DNA from: Candidatus Cloacimonadales bacterium
Lineage (GTDB): Bacteria; Cloacimonadota; Cloacimonadia; Cloacimonadales; DAONDQ01
DNA length: 64,000 nt
NCBI GenBank assembly: GCA_963662275.1
Contig: OY759316.1
Coordinates: forward strand, 160,001-224,000
Reading direction: 5' to 3'
Positions 61,000 through 64,000 of the stretch are shown piece after piece. A model generated the notes under the pieces. The model saw only the letters and a list, made by a program, of their open reading frames with translations, was not told where the DNA came from and searched no databases. The translations under genes and the position numbers were made by a program. Position 1 is the stretch's first letter, and every line of letters begins with the position of its first letter.

Positions 61000-63900
61000 A
61001 TGACAAAAAATCAATTACTTTTTTTGGTTGTATTGCTTCTCGCTTCTGTGTCACTTCTGGCGATTTCCGTCCATGATATCCAATACACGACCATTGCTGG
61101 GACAGATAATACCTACCCATCGTTGTATTTACAACTAACTGTGACACTTACCAACGTTGTTGTGACAGCAAAAAATTATTCAGGAGGCTATACAATTGGA
61201 GATACATGGTTCGTTTCTGATCCTGGAGGCGGACCTTGGTCAGGTTTATTCGTGTATAACCATTCCTTTTTGGATGGAATTTTAGTAGGTGATCTTGTCA
61301 ATATAACAGGTTATATATATGAATATTATGGAACGACTGAATTAGCAGGTGTGACAGCAGTTGAAATAATCAGTCACGGGAATCCAATTCCTGAACCGAT
61401 TAACATCACCACAGGAATCATGACTCAACCTGAACTGATCGAACCTTATGAAAATGTACTTGTCCAAGTTCAGGATGTTACAGTGACAGCTATTCCTTCA
61501 GCTTCAGCAAATTATGAATGGAGTGTGACAGATAACAGTGGTGCCTGTCTAATAGATGATGGGTTTTCAACTGTCCTTATGTGGTCCGGTTTACATACCC
61601 AGCCATTTCTCAATGAAAATTGGGTATTGATAACGGGTATGGTTTTGAGTGTTGCTCCAAGTAATGAAATGACTATTAATCCCCGTTTTTATTCTGATCT
61701 AATTCAACAGGTTGGTATTCACTCAGTTTATGATGTCCAATATACTCCTTTTGCTGGCAATGGCACATATCCATCACAGCTTAGTGATCAAACAATAACC
61801 CTTACAAATGTCATGGTAACTGCGAAGGACTATTCAGGTTCTAACACTGCGGGAAACAAATGGTTTGTTTCCGATATTGGCGGAGGTCCTTGGTCAGGTT
61901 TGCTCATCAATGATTCATCCTACTATAATAATATTTTAGTTGGTGATATTGTCAATGTCACAGGGACTGTGGCTGAATATAATGGACAAACAGAATTGGG
62001 AGAAGTGACTTCTGTTGAAGTGATTAGTCATGGAAATATACAACCTCGTCCTATCCAGATAACTACGAGTATGATGTCCCAACCAAATCAGATCGAACCC
62101 TATGAAAGTGTTCTTGTGAAAGTCCTGGGAGTAAGAGTGACAACTGCTCCTTCTGTTCCTAATTATGAATGGTATGTAACAGATAACAATGGTCTCTGCC
62201 AGATAGATGACGGTTTTACTCCACTTCTTGCCTGGAATGGGTTAAATCCTTACCCGATAATCAACCAGACTTGGGTGAAGATTGTCGGAATTATTGATTA
62301 TAGTAATAACGAATATGCAATCAACCCTCGTTTTACAACAGATCTGATGCAAACAGGAGATGGTGGTCCCATTTATGAAATCCAATACACAACCGTTGCT
62401 GGCATAGGTAATACATACACATCGCTGTATGTAGGTCAAACTGTCACACTTACTAATGTCGTTGTCAGTGCAAAAGGATATGGAAATATCCAGGGCAATT
62501 CCTGGTTTATATCTGATCCTGCCGGAGGTCCCTGGTCAGGTCTGTATGTTTATGACTATACATTTTATAATAATATTTTAGTTGGGGATATGGTCAATAT
62601 TACGGGAACGATTGTAGAATATTCCGGGTTAACCGAGTTTAATCCTTCAGCAGTTGAAGTGATCAGCCATGGAAATCCAATTCCTGGACCGGTTATTATA
62701 TCAACAGGAATGATGACTCAACCGGAGCAGATCGAACCTTATGAAAGTTCTTTGGTTCAAGTTCAAAATGTTAGGGTGACAGCTATTCCTTCTGCAACTT
62801 ATTATGAATGGTATGTGACTGATAATAGCGGTATTTGTCAAATAGATGATGGTTTTTCAACAGTGCTTACTTGGTCAGGAGTCATTCCTCCAATTTATAT
62901 TAACCAAACTTGGGATATAATCAAGGGTATTGTTGATTACAGCCACAATGCGTATGCAATTAATCCGCGGTTTTATGCTGATTTGAATATACCCGGCAAT
63001 GTTCAATCTGTCCGGACAGTCCAATATACGACAATTGCCGGAGATGGCACATATCCATCACTATTTGCCGGTCAGACAGTGACATTAAATGTCGTAGTCA
63101 CCGCAAAAGGTTACTCGGGTACAAATGGTACTGGAGACAAGTGGTTTGTTTCCGATCTTGCAGGAGGTCCCTGGTCAGGTTTACTTATTAACGATACTGC
63201 TCATGCCGATAGTATTTTGGTTGGAGATCTCGTTTCAGTGTCAGGAACGGTAACAGAAAATAATGGAATGACTGAATTGACTGATGTTACATCAGTTTCC
63301 GTTGTAGGGCACGGCTATTCGGTTCCTCAGCCGATTGTTATCACTACAGACAAGATGACACAACCAGCACAGATTGAACAATATGAAGGTTGTCCTGTCA
63401 TTATTAGTAATGTTTGTGTGACATCTCCTCCATCTGCTGAAAATTATGAATGGTATGTAACAGATAATAGTGGTCAGTGTCAGGTTGATGACGGTTTTAC
63501 TTCAGTACTTGCTTGGAATGGATTGACCCCTTATCCAATAATAGACCAAAACTGGATTCAGATAAAAGGTATAATAGATTATAGTAATAATGAATATGCC
63601 ATCAATCCACGTTTTACTTCGGATTTGATGCAAACAGCAGTTGGTATGTCAGTTCATGATATTCAGTTCACCACAATTGCCGGTGATGGCACATTTCCAT
63701 CCTTGTATTCAGGTCAAACAGTCACAATTGCGAATGTCGTTGTAACAGCTAAAGGCTATTCAGGTTCAACCTTTGCGGGAGATAGGTGGTTTGTTTCCGA
63801 TCCTGCTGGAGGTCCTTGGTCTGGTTTATATGTTTATGATAATACATATTACAATAGTGTTCAAGTTGGCGATCTTGTGCTTGTGACAGGACAGATAACT

Positions 63901-64000
63901 GAATATCTTGGTTTTACTGAATTAGGTCCTCTAACCTCAGTTGTTGTGATTAGTCATGGCAACCCAATACCGGAACCGGTTATTATTACAACTGGTATGA
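61000..64000 (+). CDS. Secreted protein with at least 5 tandem ~215-aa double-OB-fold-like repeats (3'-truncated; not in ORF track)
   Basis: GGAGG RBS; signal peptide MTKNQLLFLVVLLLASVSLLA; repeated HDIQY...YPS...VVTAK...WFVSD..GGPWSGL...VGD.V..TG...EY.G.TEL...EPYE..LV...IDDGF...INPRF; frame appears open to window end. Confidence 0.85.
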   Translation, partial: MTKNQLLFLVVLLLASVSLLAISVHDIQYTTIAGTDNTYPSLYLQLTVTLTNVVVTAKNYSGGYTIGDTWFVSDPGGGPWSGLFVYNHSFLDGILVGDLVNITGYIYEYYGTTELAGVTAVEIISHGNPIPEPINITTGIMTQPELIEPYENVLVQVQDVTVTAIPSASANYEWSVTDNSGACLIDDGFSTVLMWSGLHTQPFLNENWVLITGMVLSVAPSNEMTINPRFYSDLIQQVGIHSVYDVQYTPFAGNGTYPSQLSDQTITLTNVMVTAKDYSGSNTAGNKWFVSDIGGGPWSGLLINDSSYYNNILVGDIVNVTGTVAEYNGQTELGEVTSVEVISHGNIQPRPIQITTSMMSQPNQIEPYESVLVKVLGVRVTTAPSVPNYEWYVTDNNGLCQIDDGFTPLLAWNGLNPYPIINQTWVKIVGIIDYSNNEYAINPRFTTDLMQTGDGGPIYEIQYTTVAGIGNTYTSLYVGQTVTLTNVVVSAKGYGNIQGNSWFISDPAGGPWSGLYVYDYTFYNNILVGDMVNITGTIVEYSGLTEFNPSAVEVISHGNPIPGPVIISTGMMTQPEQIEPYESSLVQVQNVRVTAIPSATYYEWYVTDNSGICQIDDGFSTVLTWSGVIPPIYINQTWDIIKGIVDYSHNAYAINPRFYADLNIPGNVQSVRTVQYTTIAGDGTYPSLFAGQTVTLNVVVTAKGYSGTNGTGDKWFVSDLAGGPWSGLLINDTAHADSILVGDLVSVSGTVTENNGMTELTDVTSVSVVGHGYSVPQPIVITTDKMTQPAQIEQYEGCPVIISNVCVTSPPSAENYEWYVTDNSGQCQVDDGFTSVLAWNGLTPYPIIDQNWIQIKGIIDYSNNEYAINPRFTSDLMQTAVGMSVHDIQFTTIAGDGTFPSLYSGQTVTIANVVVTAKGYSGSTFAGDRWFVSDPAGGPWSGLYVYDNTYYNSVQVGDLVLVTGQITEYLGFTELGPLTSVVVISHGNPIPEPVIITTGM

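Noticed and set aside
344..62439. Many 60-195 aa ORFs nested in or antisense to long genes
   Set aside because: Shadow frames of well-supported CDSs with no independent evidence

Overview
Bacterial chromosomal window, probably Cloacimonadota (inferred from the A-B-D-I-K V-type ATPase, several secreted proteins ending in a YPNPFNP/FlgD-Ig domain, and a gingipain-like C25 protease). It opens with the distal V-ATPase operon (1-4.9 kb), followed by about 25 kb of accessory DNA. That DNA holds a defence island (HigB, HTH-ImmA/IrrE antitoxin, two small proteins, type I R-M, two HEPN genes) and an AT-rich minus-strand operon, 16635-25062. In that operon a Liv-type ABC transporter is wrapped around an unannotated 58-aa peptide with an M-Y-G motif, a translationally coupled radical SAM/SPASM enzyme resembling the TIGR04133/splicease group, a 2-TM unknown protein and a cobalamin-dependent radical SAM enzyme. 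This candidate RiPP (possibly spliceotide) system is the most interesting item. Three paralogs of an uncharacterised ~152-aa gene (one decayed) punctuate the islands, and the two intact ones share upstream heptamer arrays. The rest contains housekeeping genes (rsmG-parA-parB, Na+ decarboxylase beta subunit, cdd, pflX, amidase, glgP), large secreted modular proteins, five IS copies (IS1182, IS110, a tandem IS4-like pair, IS256) and many REP-like palindromes. No rRNA, tRNA or CRISPR array was recognised. All family assignments are by eye from motifs; no searches were run.
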